Positions 50,661 to 59,210 of a DNA stretch of 64,000 nt are shown here, in pieces (the first letter of the stretch is position 1; each line of letters starts with the position of its first letter). The notes beneath the pieces are model-generated. The model was not told where the DNA came from and did not search any database. It worked only from the letters and a program-made list of their open reading frames with translations. Both the position numbers and the translations under genes were made by a program. Source of the stretch: a virus; the IMG/VR virus record IMGVR_UViG_3300002060_000001, positions 1-64,000 of that record. The stretch is one strand, 5' to 3'.

Positions 50661-51905
50661 TTACTCGTCGTCCGCAATGGTTCCGAGTGTTTGGGCGTAA
50701 AGTTCACGCCCTGCTTCTGTTTTCAAGACCTCAAGATAGCCGATTTCCTCGGTTGTCTTGTGTTCAGCCGCGTAAGCCTTAGCCATTTTCTCGATTTTAT
50801 CGGAAGCATCTTCGGCGTCGGCTTTACTGACGCGGCCTGACGGTTCGTAATCGTCTGAATTCGCGCCATTGGCGGCCTCAAGCATTTCAAATGCCTGTTT
50901 GCGGATGTCTTTGTCCTCAATAGCATCAAGAGCGCCGACAACAGCTTTGCGAACTTCAGGCTTGCCCGGAAGCTTATCAAGACGATCAGCCATTTTCTCA
51001 ATGCGCGCGTTTGTTGCCGCGGCCTTGTCGATTTTGGCGTTTTTCTCAAGTGTTTTCATCCGCTTTGCCATTGCGACAAGCGCCGGATCAGCAGACTTAC
51101 GAATTTCAATCCCGTCAATTACGTGAATAACTGGGTCTGTTTCGTTCGCCTTAGAGATAGCCGCGTCACGGTCATCACTATCAAGAGCAAGGAAAGTGTC
51201 TTGATCATCCGCCTCAAGCGTATCGTAATGCGCTTTTTGAATGGCGGACAGGCCGATAATGGACTCGGCCTTTGCAAGCCGCTTAGTCATTTCCTCTGAC
51301 TCTTTCTTGTTTTTCTTTTTCTTGTCATCGTCATCCGGATAGTCGGCTTTTTGAATGGCAAGAGCGCCTTCCTCTGGCAATAGGCCAACAACGTCAAGCG
51401 CGATAGCCGCCTTTCGGATAGCCGCGTGATCGTCGTCACCCCAGTCCTTGGCGTCATCCGTGCCGAATTTGGCAATCAGACCCACTAGGCCAGCGGTCGT
51501 TAAAAGTAGTGATTTTTTCAAAACCATTGGTTTATCTCCATTTGGGTTAAGCGATTTGGTAACGCCTTCAATGTCATGCCTGTGACTTAAAGCGTCGCCA
51601 ATTGCAAGTGTGCCATCTTCTTTGATTATCCAGGGGTGAGCGTGGCCGTCCTCATCCCCTTCTCCTCGTACCCAACTGGTCATTCCACCAGTCAGATGAT
51701 TTCCGTCCCAGTCAATCATATCAATGATATGAGCATGACCGTCATGGGATGTTGTCATTCTTACGTTTTTGCCAATAACTCTGCTCTTTTTGGGGTCGTG
51801 GCGTTTCATAATTGTTGCTGTCGCGCCCGGTTGAGCGGGGCGGTCAACCGCGCTGATCTCGGAGATCTTAATAACTTTCAAATGACGCTTTACACCTTTA
51901 GGCAC
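50661..51905 (-). CDS. Scaffolding-type protein with a His-rich N-terminal region
   Basis: 414 aa. ISEISAVDRPAQPGA motif, two DGHAH repeats, then a long charged coiled-coil C-terminal half. It lies between the protease-like and decoration genes. Confidence 0.5.
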   Translation of the reverse strand: MPKGVKRHLKVIKISEISAVDRPAQPGATATIMKRHDPKKSRVIGKNVRMTTSHDGHAHIIDMIDWDGNHLTGGMTSWVRGEGDEDGHAHPWIIKEDGTLAIGDALSHRHDIEGVTKSLNPNGDKPMVLKKSLLLTTAGLVGLIAKFGTDDAKDWGDDDHAAIRKAAIALDVVGLLPEEGALAIQKADYPDDDDKKKKNKKESEEMTKRLAKAESIIGLSAIQKAHYDTLEADDQDTFLALDSDDRDAAISKANETDPVIHVIDGIEIRKSADPALVAMAKRMKTLEKNAKIDKAAATNARIEKMADRLDKLPGKPEVRKAVVGALDAIEDKDIRKQAFEMLEAANGANSDDYEPSGRVSKADAEDASDKIEKMAKAYAAEHKTTEEIGYLEVLKTEAGRELYAQTLGTIADDE

Positions 51906-52317
51906 TGGCTATCTCCTCAACGTCAATTTCAGAGCCGCCGATACTAAAGCCCGTATAGGTTCCGTCTTTGAACTTCTGCAGGACATCATCTTTTTCAGGT
52001 TTGAACCCTACAAGCAGTCCCGTCCGGTTAGTGTCAATGCCGAGAGATTTTGCAATCTCTGTCGTAAGTGGGAATAAGAACGGATAGCCACCGACTCTAT
52101 CCTCACCGTGATCCCCCTGTCCGTGCATATCCCACGCTTGATTGCTATTCTCACTGAAATCAAGCGCAGCCTTGAGCATAGTCCCCTCTGGAATGTGATC
52201 ATCCTGAAGGTCAAAATGGGGTTCGCCGTTTTCTTTACAGACAATCGCAAAGCCAAACACAACGCCCAGTTCCTCACTGACTTTCAGTATTTGTGATGTC
52301 GCAAGCTGTTTTGTCAC
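51898..52317 (-). CDS. XkdF-like putative prohead serine protease domain protein
   Basis: GTG start. EELGVVFGFAIVCKENGEPHFDLQDDHIPEGTMLKAALDF...DMHGQGD...GFSIGG resembles the XkdF / Peptidase_S78_2 pattern. Confidence 0.55.
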   Translation of the reverse strand: MTKQLATSQILKVSEELGVVFGFAIVCKENGEPHFDLQDDHIPEGTMLKAALDFSENSNQAWDMHGQGDHGEDRVGGYPFLFPLTTEIAKSLGIDTNRTGLLVGFKPEKDDVLQKFKDGTYTGFSIGGSEIDVEEIASA

Positions 52318-52366
52318 TAAAAAACTCCTATTAAAATCGCTGTTGCATAGGTTTTAAGTCTTAGCA

Positions 52367-52463
52367 ATCGTATTTTTCTGTTATTTTTCTCTGGACTGCG
52401 GTGTTTTTCCATGATTTATAGGTATTGTCTTAGGGCGATGAAGCCCACCTAGCGGAGATGACA
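52367..52463 (+). promoter_or_regulatory. Promoter/leader cassette, copy C
   Basis: ATCGTATTTTTCTGTTAT-TTTTCT-CTGGACTGCGG-17 nt-TTTATA-...-AGGGCGATGAAGCCCACC-TAGC-GGAGAT-GACA-ATG. Confidence 0.6.
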
Positions 52464-52799
52464 ATGACTAAAAACTACATGAAACAATTTTCAGATTTTG
52501 ATAACGCGGATGTTTTTGAGACTATTCTTGAGGGTTTAAAGCCTCACGGCTTTGATGACGGCTCATGGCGTAACGACTCATGCCCAAGCGTAGGGCGTGA
52601 AATTAAGGACGGTGATTATATCTCTGTCTTTGTTGATTACAAAAACCCAGACCTAGCAGAGTTTCCAGAGGACAGAAAAAGCGGTCAAATGAAAGTCATC
52701 ACTATTTATTCCCAAGTCGATGACACAACTTTTCAAACTGACGACACTGCAGAAGCCGTTTCAAAGGCTATTGAAATCTTTACAAGTCAGTCAGCGTAA
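52464..52799 (+). CDS. Hypothetical acidic protein (111 aa)
   Basis: ATG at 52464 chosen by analogy with cassettes A and B (GGAGAT, 4 nt, ATG). The track ORF starts 6 nt earlier. Confidence 0.55.
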   Translation: MTKNYMKQFSDFDNADVFETILEGLKPHGFDDGSWRNDSCPSVGREIKDGDYISVFVDYKNPDLAEFPEDRKSGQMKVITIYSQVDDTTFQTDDTAEAVSKAIEIFTSQSA

Positions 52800-53065
52800 T
52801 GTCAGAGGTCAAGATACTCGGCAAAGCTTTCGCCGCCGTCCTCAAGGAATGGCTGACGGATGAGCAGTTTCAGGAAATGAAAGACTGGAACGGTCAGAAC
52901 AGAGACAACCCGTGTTGTGCGTCCCATGATTACTGTGACGCTAATATTGCTATGCACGAGGCTTTTCTGAAAACAGGGATAGCGAAAACAGAGGATGAGA
53001 TATTTAACAATATCACACTCTGGAACGGGGCATGGGCTCACGCGCGTCAGGAGGGTTTGATATGA
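52799..53065 (+). CDS. Hypothetical protein (88 aa)
   Basis: TAATG overlap with the upstream gene. Contains the motif CCASHDYCDANIAMHEAF. Confidence 0.5.
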   Translation: MSEVKILGKAFAAVLKEWLTDEQFQEMKDWNGQNRDNPCCASHDYCDANIAMHEAFLKTGIAKTEDEIFNNITLWNGAWAHARQEGLI

Positions 53066-53316
53066 TACCACCTGACCGCAATGAAACTGACATCCTCAAA
53101 ATGCGGTCTTACTTTTACGCCAAGATGCGGGAAAAGGATGACCCAGAGCGGAGCCGACGGATTTGGAATATCCAGAAAATACGGTGGAACCGCATAACCG
53201 ATAATGGGCGAAAGATGCCTCATTATGGGCTTCCTAAACAGGAAGTCAGAACCGTGACTAAGACCGTTGAGAGACTTAAAATCATCGTCCGTCACATTGA
53301 AATACGCGAGAATTAA
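53062..53316 (+). CDS. Hypothetical basic protein (84 aa)
   Basis: ATG at 53062 with an ATGA overlap (MIPPDRNETDILK...). Confidence 0.45.
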   Translation: MIPPDRNETDILKMRSYFYAKMREKDDPERSRRIWNIQKIRWNRITDNGRKMPHYGLPKQEVRTVTKTVERLKIIVRHIEIREN

Positions 53317-53329
53317 ACAGGAGACACTT

Positions 53330-53734
53330 ATGTCAAAACACGCACCACGAAAGCCTGACCCTATTGATGTTCATGTGGGAACACAAATCAGGCTCCGCCG
53401 TCAGGCATTAAAGATGAGCCAAGAAAAATTAGGGGACGCTTTAGGCATCACCTTTCAACAGGTTCAAAAATATGAGCGCGGGGACAACCGAGTCAGCGCA
53501 AGCCGTCTGCACAAGACAGCCGCCACCTTGAGAACGCCCGTTCAGGATTTCTTTCCTGCAGATAACGGGGAACAGAAAGCGCCCGCTAAACAAGCCGTTG
53601 CTATTCAGGATTTCATTTCAAGCACTAACGGCGTTAAGTTCGCAGAGGCTCTGTCAAAGATACCCCGTCGGATGGAAACTGAACTCTTAGCCCTCATCCG
53701 CGTGATGGGTAAATCTAAGCAACCTGTAGCATGA
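53330..53734 (+). CDS. XRE-family HTH transcriptional regulator (alphaproteobacterial type)
   Basis: ATG at 53330, 6 nt after GGAG. DVHVGTQIRLRRQALKMSQEKLGDALGITFQQVQKYERGDNRVSASRL is the conserved alpha-type XRE core. Confidence 0.8.
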   Translation: MSKHAPRKPDPIDVHVGTQIRLRRQALKMSQEKLGDALGITFQQVQKYERGDNRVSASRLHKTAATLRTPVQDFFPADNGEQKAPAKQAVAIQDFISSTNGVKFAEALSKIPRRMETELLALIRVMGKSKQPVA

Positions 53735-53916
53735 AACTGACAAACATCCGTCCGCTTGGGCGGTTTGTGAATCCCGAAACAGGGCGGCCAGTCAACGTCA
53801 AGAAAGGGCGTCGGGTTGGGCGCTCTGTTGACATTCGGTTTTATCTTTATCGAGGTAAGCGACAAATCATAAATGACGCTGAATTTTATCGTGACTGGAA
53901 ACGCCATGATGCCTGA
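53731..53916 (+). CDS. Hypothetical basic protein (61 aa)
   Basis: Track ORF with an ATGA overlap. Confidence 0.4.
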   Translation: MKLTNIRPLGRFVNPETGRPVNVKKGRRVGRSVDIRFYLYRGKRQIINDAEFYRDWKRHDA

Positions 53917-53969
53917 ACAAAAAGCCGCCTATGTGAACTCTCAAGCTGTCTGCGTTATAGGTGAGTAAA

Positions 53970-54152
53970 ATGAATCCTAAACACGATAAGCACATCACTT
54001 TAGTCTTAACGGCTGAAGAGGCGCGTTCTGTTCAGGCCGCTTGCGCTTCCCAGATTGTAAAAAATCCAAAGTCACCTATGCTGCCTAAATGGATAGGCTT
54101 GACCAATAAAATCAAGTCTCAAATTGCTCAACATGAAAGGGTAAAAAGATGA
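53970..54152 (+). CDS. Hypothetical protein (60 aa)
   Basis: ATG at 53970, 5 nt after AGGTGAG. The track ORF uses the GTG at 53961. Confidence 0.45.
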   Translation: MNPKHDKHITLVLTAEEARSVQAACASQIVKNPKSPMLPKWIGLTNKIKSQIAQHERVKR

Positions 54153-54334
54153 CAGAACCAACACCAGAGCAGAGGTTCAGCGGCATAAAGGGCGCTATCA
54201 TCAATGCCAATAAGAGCGCGAACCGGATTGAGTTCGACGGACCTAACTTTCAAACAGAGGTCACTGATCTGGCGTCTCGCCTTGAACTTATTGCCGGACA
54301 CCTAAGAACCTTAGCAAAAGACACTAGCGCGTAA
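54149..54334 (+). CDS. Hypothetical protein (61 aa)
   Basis: Track ORF with an ATGA overlap. Confidence 0.45.
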   Translation: MTEPTPEQRFSGIKGAIINANKSANRIEFDGPNFQTEVTDLASRLELIAGHLRTLAKDTSA

Positions 54335-54348
54335 CAATAAATTGTTAT
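54331..54348 (+). promoter_or_regulatory. Palindrome-family box GTAACAATAAATTGTTAT upstream of ssb
   Basis: 17/18 identical to the box at 24965. It lies 37 nt upstream of the ssb ATG. Confidence 0.5.
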
Positions 54349-54385
54349 AGCAAGACAAAATAACGAGCCAAATACAGGAGACCTC

Positions 54386-54877
54386 ATGGCCGGATCACTC
54401 AACAAAGTTCAACTTATCGGCAATCTGGGTAAAGACCCAGAGGTCAGATCATTCGATAACGGCGGGAAAATCTGTAACTTTTCTATCGCTACGTCAGAAA
54501 CATGGAAAGATAAGCAGACGGGAGATAAAAAAGAGCGCACCGAATGGCATAACATCACCATCACGGGTGACGGGCTTGTCGGGGTCTGTGAGCGTTACCT
54601 GAAAAAAGGCTCTAAGGTCTATATTGAGGGCAAGATGAAAACCCGCAAATGGCAAGACCGTGACGGTAACGATCGATGGACAACGGAAGTTGTTGTCGGA
54701 TTCGGCGGTCAAATGCTCATGCTTGGCGGAAATGACAGTTCCGGCGGCGGCAATCGTCAGGGTCAGCGCTCAAGTGATTATAACCAAGGCTATAGCGGCG
54801 ACGGGAATAATAACGGTGGCGGAAATCAGGGCGGGGCCAGTCAGGACTTTGACCTTGATGACGAAATTCCATTCTAG
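54386..54877 (+). CDS. ssb: Single-stranded DNA-binding protein
   Basis: [17 protein letters not shown]...TEWHNI OB fold, a Gly/Asn/Gln-rich linker and the canonical C-terminal tip DLDDEIPF. Confidence 0.95.
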   Translation: MAGSLNKVQLIGNLGKDPEVRSFDNGGKICNFSIATSETWKDKQTGDKKERTEWHNITITGDGLVGVCERYLKKGSKVYIEGKMKTRKWQDRDGNDRWTTEVVVGFGGQMLMLGGNDSSGGGNRQGQRSSDYNQGYSGDGNNNGGGNQGGASQDFDLDDEIPF

Positions 54878-54886
54878 GAGGTAAAT

Positions 54887-55054
54887 ATGGAATCTATACT
54901 ATCAAAAATATCACGGGAATTACGTGACGCCTTTACGGGCGGTTCAGACCGAAACACTGATAAGGAGCGCGCCCGCACCATTCGGGAACTCACGGATTAT
55001 ATCGGAAGGCTTGAGACTAGAATAAAGAAGCTTGAGGACAAAGATCAGGCTTAA
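54887..55054 (+). CDS. Hypothetical 55-aa coiled-coil protein
   Basis: Too short for the ORF track. AGGAGG is followed 5 nt later by the ATG. Product: MESILSKISRELRDAFTGGSDRNTDKERARTIRELTDYIGRLETRIKKLEDKDQA. Confidence 0.55.
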   Translation: MESILSKISRELRDAFTGGSDRNTDKERARTIRELTDYIGRLETRIKKLEDKDQA

Positions 55055-55080
55055 CTCTATAGACTATATTATAGTAAGAT

Positions 55081-55106
55081 AGGCGGGGAAAGCCCCGCCT
55101 TTTTTA
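55081..55106 (+). terminator. Rho-independent terminator
   Basis: GGCGGGG-AAAG-CCCCGCC followed by TTTTTTATT. Confidence 0.8.
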
Positions 55107-55364
55107 TTGCTCGGCTTGATACTTTAAGGCCGCTATCGCCTGATCAATCGCTATGTCTATATGACATTGACCGTGATGATTAAGCGTCCGGAACTCTTTA
55201 GTGTGGGTTTCAGGAAACGGCTCACGGATATGAGCGGCCTCCCGCGTTGCCCCGTACCCCCTGACGCCTGGTTTCAGTTTACCAGTCGGGAAATAACAGG
55301 AATCTATCTTAGCGTGATGTAGGACACGCGCGAGCCTCAAGACCCGCTTATCGTTCCTATCCAT
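55104..55364 (-). CDS. Hypothetical protein (86 aa)
   Basis: Track ORF, His-rich. Confidence 0.45.
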   Translation of the reverse strand: MDRNDKRVLRLARVLHHAKIDSCYFPTGKLKPGVRGYGATREAAHIREPFPETHTKEFRTLNHHGQCHIDIAIDQAIAALKYQAEQ

Positions 55365-55366
55365 GA

Positions 55367-55759
55367 CTAAGCGACCTTAGTGACGAATTTAGACACCGCG
55401 TAAAACTCTTGAGCCCAGTCCGGCCCCATATATTCCGCAACCTCAAGCCAGTAATGTTTTTGATCAACTGGCATTGTCCCTGTCTCATTTGTTGAACCCA
55501 TAGAGTTCATTATGAGTCGAGCAAGAGCCCGTGGATGAATAACTCCTTGATGAGTTGTCCTTAAGGCTCTTAAGGCATCGTTTTTATCTTTTTCAGACAT
55601 ATCTTGCAGGTCAGGAATATCGTTCTCTGTCGGACAGCTATCCTGCCAATCCTTAAACGCCTCAAGCATATCAAGATGATTTTGTTGTTCGATGTTTTTG
55701 TAATGATCTGAACTTGCGTCCATAAAATCTGTGGGCTTACCGCCCTTATATTTAAGCAT
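55367..55759 (-). CDS. Hypothetical protein (130 aa)
   Basis: Track ORF. The SD-like ATAGGAGCC ends 4 nt upstream of the ATG. Confidence 0.5.
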   Translation of the reverse strand: MLKYKGGKPTDFMDASSDHYKNIEQQNHLDMLEAFKDWQDSCPTENDIPDLQDMSEKDKNDALRALRTTHQGVIHPRALARLIMNSMGSTNETGTMPVDQKHYWLEVAEYMGPDWAQEFYAVSKFVTKVA

Positions 55760-55847
55760 CTAAGGCTCCTATAGGTATCGTTAAAGGTAAGCGCGATTTA
55801 ACCCGCGCATTGACAACCAAGCGGATTTGATGTCAGCAGTCAAGATG

Positions 55848-55865
55848 ATTACATTTTATTGTTAT
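55848..55865 (+). promoter_or_regulatory. Palindrome-family box ATTACATTTTATTGTTAT
   Basis: In the divergent gap 55760-55863, with TTGACA at 55810-55815 upstream. It overlaps the first ATG of the ParB-methyltransferase ORF. Confidence 0.4.
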
Positions 55866-57123
55866 GAAAGGACACCGGATGTCTAAAGAATGGCCCGCCG
55901 CTAAGATTTACAAACGAAAGCTATCGAGCCTCACGGGCTATGAGCGCAATTCCCGAACTCACTCTGACGCGCAGATTGAACAGCTTATGGCGTCAATCAA
56001 AGAGTGGGGGTGGACAATGCCCATATTGATTGATGAGAACAATATGATCATAGCGGTTCACGGGCGCGCGCAAGCCGCAGAAAGGCTTGGGATTGAAACC
56101 GTCCCCGTGATGATAGCCAAAGGATGGTCTGACGCTCAAAAGCGGGCCTATGTGATAGCTGATAACAAACTCGCCCTGAACGCCGGATGGGATGAGGATA
56201 TTTTGTCAGAGGAAATGGCCGCCCTTGAGGATATGGACTTTGACGTTGACCTTCTGGGTTTTGATGATCTTGAAATGTCAGGCCTAAGCCCTCAAGGCCC
56301 AGAGGAACCCGAAAAGGAAGCCCCTGAATATCAGGAAAAAGCCATAACGGTTCTGGGTGAAATTTGGGAATGCGGCCGGCACCGGGTGATGTGCGGTGAC
56401 GGGACAAGCGAAGAGGATCTCCTGAAATTGCTCAACGGGGCTGACGTTGATTGCCTCTATACGGACCCACCCTATGGAATATCTATTGTCAGCGGCGGCG
56501 GTAAGGTTGGAGGCGGCGGCCCTTTCGGCGGTATCAAAAAGGGAAAAGTTGGCGGCGCTAATATTGTCGAGTCATCAAACTTTGCACCCGTGATGGGTGA
56601 CGGCTCTATAGATGTAGCGGTTGCGGCGATTGAACTTATCAAGAAAATTGATCCCGCGGTTCAAATTATCTGGGGCGGGAACTATTACGCTAATCATCTT
56701 GAGAACTCATCCTGTTGGATTGTCTGGGATAAACAGAACACGGGAAATTTCGCTGACTGTGAACTCGCGTGGACAAATCAAAAGACTGCTGTCCGTAAAT
56801 TCGCCCATATGTGGAACGGAATGCTCAAGGCATCCGAGCGGGGCGTCAAGCGCGTTCACCCCACCCAGAAGCCTATAGCGCTTGCGGAATGGTGTCTTGA
56901 GCAATATGCGGGCCAATGTGAGACGGTTCTTGACCTCTTTACGGGTTCCGGCTCAACACTTTTGGGATGCGAGTCAGCCGATAAGCGCGGTTATATGATG
57001 GAACTGTCCCCTAACTATATCGATATCATCGTGAAACGGTGGCAGGACTATACGGGTCAGAAAGCCGTTCTCGCGGGTACTGACAAAACCTTTAATCAGA
57101 TTGAAAAAGAGCGCGCGGAATAA
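55864..57123 (+). CDS. ParB-like nuclease domain fused to a beta-class N6/N4 DNA methyltransferase
   Basis: The N-terminal YERNSRTHSDAQIEQLMASIKEWGWTMPILIDE...HGRAQAAERLGIETVPV is ParB/Srx-like. TDPPYG, HPTQKPIALAEWCL and DLFTGSGST are methyltransferase motifs. An alternative start at 55879 follows AAAGGA. Confidence 0.9.
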   Translation: MKGHRMSKEWPAAKIYKRKLSSLTGYERNSRTHSDAQIEQLMASIKEWGWTMPILIDENNMIIAVHGRAQAAERLGIETVPVMIAKGWSDAQKRAYVIADNKLALNAGWDEDILSEEMAALEDMDFDVDLLGFDDLEMSGLSPQGPEEPEKEAPEYQEKAITVLGEIWECGRHRVMCGDGTSEEDLLKLLNGADVDCLYTDPPYGISIVSGGGKVGGGGPFGGIKKGKVGGANIVESSNFAPVMGDGSIDVAVAAIELIKKIDPAVQIIWGGNYYANHLENSSCWIVWDKQNTGNFADCELAWTNQKTAVRKFAHMWNGMLKASERGVKRVHPTQKPIALAEWCLEQYAGQCETVLDLFTGSGSTLLGCESADKRGYMMELSPNYIDIIVKRWQDYTGQKAVLAGTDKTFNQIEKERAE

Positions 57124-57126
57124 ACG

Positions 57127-57144
57127 ATTGCAAAAAAATGTTAT
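57127..57144 (+). promoter_or_regulatory. Palindrome-family box ATTGCAAAAAAATGTTAT
   Basis: It lies just after the ParB-methyltransferase stop and before the terminator. No plus-strand gene follows. Confidence 0.35.
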
Positions 57145-57216
57145 TGCGATATATCTGAAATTCCCATCAAGATAATCTAAGCAGCGCCCCTGTCCGGATT
57201 ATTCGGGAAAACGAAA

Positions 57217-57250
57217 GGGTCAGACGTTCATTCCCCGTCTGACCCTTTTT
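57217..57250. terminator. Bidirectional rho-independent terminator
   Basis: GGGTCAGACG-9-nt loop-CGTCTGACCC, flanked by ACGAAA upstream and TTTTTCT downstream, between convergent genes. Confidence 0.8.
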
Positions 57251-57691
57251 CTATGGATCATTGGCCGGCGGGTTGTTCTGAATAGGCTTTGTCTGCATAT
57301 TAGCCGCGCGCGCGTGATCACGTCCGTCCCTGATAGCCTGTTCTGTTTCCGCAGAAAGCGGCGCCGCCGTTGAGGCGAAAGCCAGTGATAATTCACGTTC
57401 AAAGAATATTCCAGGCGTGGGCCTGACTCGTCCGATAAAGTTACCGTTTGAGGATGAGCGCTCACCCGTCCCCGTGAACTCGGCCTCATAGTTGTTGGTC
57501 AGCGTTATCGTGAGGGCATCCTGTCCCGCCCCGATTGTCTGCTGACCGCCCGCCGTGATGATGGTGTCAAAGACTATGCCCTCTTCTGAAGCCTCAATCG
57601 TGCGGATTTCCGTCCGCACGAGCGGGACATCTAGGACATTAGCGTCAAAGATTACAAGGCGCTCTATCCAGTCGACTGACTGAACAAACAC
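57251..57691 (-). CDS. Hypothetical virion-associated protein (146 aa)
   Basis: Track ORF, last gene of the fibre-like cluster. Confidence 0.45.
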   Translation of the reverse strand: MFVQSVDWIERLVIFDANVLDVPLVRTEIRTIEASEEGIVFDTIITAGGQQTIGAGQDALTITLTNNYEAEFTGTGERSSSNGNFIGRVRPTPGIFFERELSLAFASTAAPLSAETEQAIRDGRDHARAANMQTKPIQNNPPANDP

Positions 57692-57693
57692 AT

Positions 57694-59136
57694 CTATGCA
57701 TCCGAGTTACGGATAGCCGAGGCCGAGATACCAGAGCCGCCGATTGTGCCGGGAACGTCAAAAGGAACAATATTCGCACCGCCGTTACGCAGACGTGACA
57801 GAACAAAAATCGGAACCGTCTGAATGATCGTCGTTGAAACAGTACCGCTTGTGGCGGCTGTTTCATCAATGAATGGAACAAACGCATTATCCGCAGCCGT
57901 ATAGTTCTGACCTAGTGTTCCCGTGAGGGTAAAGGTTGAACCGCTAAAGCTTGAGTAAGGAATAGCGTCATAAGACGTTCCGTTCCAGACGCGCACAATA
58001 CCGCTGACTGGGTGATCTGCCCCGATAGGGGTTGTGACAACAAGAGTACCGTTTCCGGCATTGTTACCCGCCGCAAGTGCAAACTCATCAACCTGAATAG
58101 GTCCGCCTAAAGTTGCTGTCCGGAAAATACCAACGCGGTCTCCAGAAACAACACCCGTCATGCTGACCGGAACTGTATTCGGCGGTGTCTGGGCTTGGTT
58201 CGAGTCATCACGTCCGATAAAGTTCTGTGCAAACTCGGCGTCAAAGCCCGTAAAATAAACGCCCTGCGCGCCCGTGATGTTACCGCCCGCGAATGTCGCA
58301 AGGGGTGAACCCGGAATAGGTGTATAGAGCGGGTCAGCGAGACGATAGAACTGTCCAGGCTCCCCATCAATAACAAGAGCAGAGCCGTCACGGTTAGCGT
58401 ATTGTAGGGCTTGATAAACCTCAATAGGCGTCCGGCTATTGGCAACCGCAACCCGAATATCATAGTTTTGAGGTCCGTTTCCGTTATTGGCGTCGGAACT
58501 AAAGTTTCCTGACGTGATAGTCAGGTCAGCAAGGATGAGGGCATAAGCCGCCGCTTGAGCGGCATCAACATTCGCGTCATTACCTGGCCCCAAGAAGACG
58601 GTTGTTTCGCCGCCCGCTGATACGTTGACCGCAAGGTCTGAATAAACATTTCCGAGCCCACGAGTGAAGAACCGGATGTCACCCCCCGCAATATCAGCAC
58701 CGCCCGTGCGAACAAGAACTAGGAATGAAAGACTGTCTGTGACGGTATTCCCTGACGGGACAGGTAGATCAACGCGCGTTCCGCCCTGATCCATATAAAC
58801 GTCAGCCACAAAAGGTTGAACAAGGAACTGGAGGTCAATACCGGAATAACGGGTATCGCCGCCGTCCTGCGTAATAGAACCGCCTGTAATGAACTGCGCG
58901 GAAGCCGCATCAATGTTCAGCCCGTTAATAAACGTGATAGCTGTATCGGTCTGACGTGTCGCTAGGTTGGGTTGTAGGATGTCATTGATGTCATCCCCGA
59001 CGGCTGTCGGATCGTCCGCTAGGTCTTGAATGGCCCGATAGGCTTGCATGAGTGTGTAGCGCGTCGCACCACTCGTGTGACGCAAATCATATGCGGCGCC
59101 GTTTTTTGTGATACTGAAATCGTCAAAGAAAGCCAT
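57694..59136 (-). CDS. Fibre/structural-like protein (480 aa)
   Basis: Gly/Thr/Asn/Ala-rich beta-type composition. Adjacent to the beta-helix protein. No family recognised. Confidence 0.5.
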   Translation of the reverse strand: MAFFDDFSITKNGAAYDLRHTSGATRYTLMQAYRAIQDLADDPTAVGDDINDILQPNLATRQTDTAITFINGLNIDAASAQFITGGSITQDGGDTRYSGIDLQFLVQPFVADVYMDQGGTRVDLPVPSGNTVTDSLSFLVLVRTGGADIAGGDIRFFTRGLGNVYSDLAVNVSAGGETTVFLGPGNDANVDAAQAAAYALILADLTITSGNFSSDANNGNGPQNYDIRVAVANSRTPIEVYQALQYANRDGSALVIDGEPGQFYRLADPLYTPIPGSPLATFAGGNITGAQGVYFTGFDAEFAQNFIGRDDSNQAQTPPNTVPVSMTGVVSGDRVGIFRTATLGGPIQVDEFALAAGNNAGNGTLVVTTPIGADHPVSGIVRVWNGTSYDAIPYSSFSGSTFTLTGTLGQNYTAADNAFVPFIDETAATSGTVSTTIIQTVPIFVLSRLRNGGANIVPFDVPGTIGGSGISASAIRNSDA

Positions 59137-59210
59137 TTTGAACCCTTATATTGGAAATGCTGTTCTTTTGCCCGTAACAGATAGAAAAACATTCCACAAG
59201 CGGCCCTGCG

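Noticed and set aside
51898-51905. Possible frameshift fusing the XkdF-like protease ORF to the scaffold-like ORF (8-nt overlap, GCC AGT GCC TAA / GTG CCT AAA).
   Set aside because: The fusion would need a +1/-2 shift, and no slippery sequence is visible. A GTG start with ordinary translational coupling explains the overlap. The SxVDRPA motif can be N-terminal in this family.
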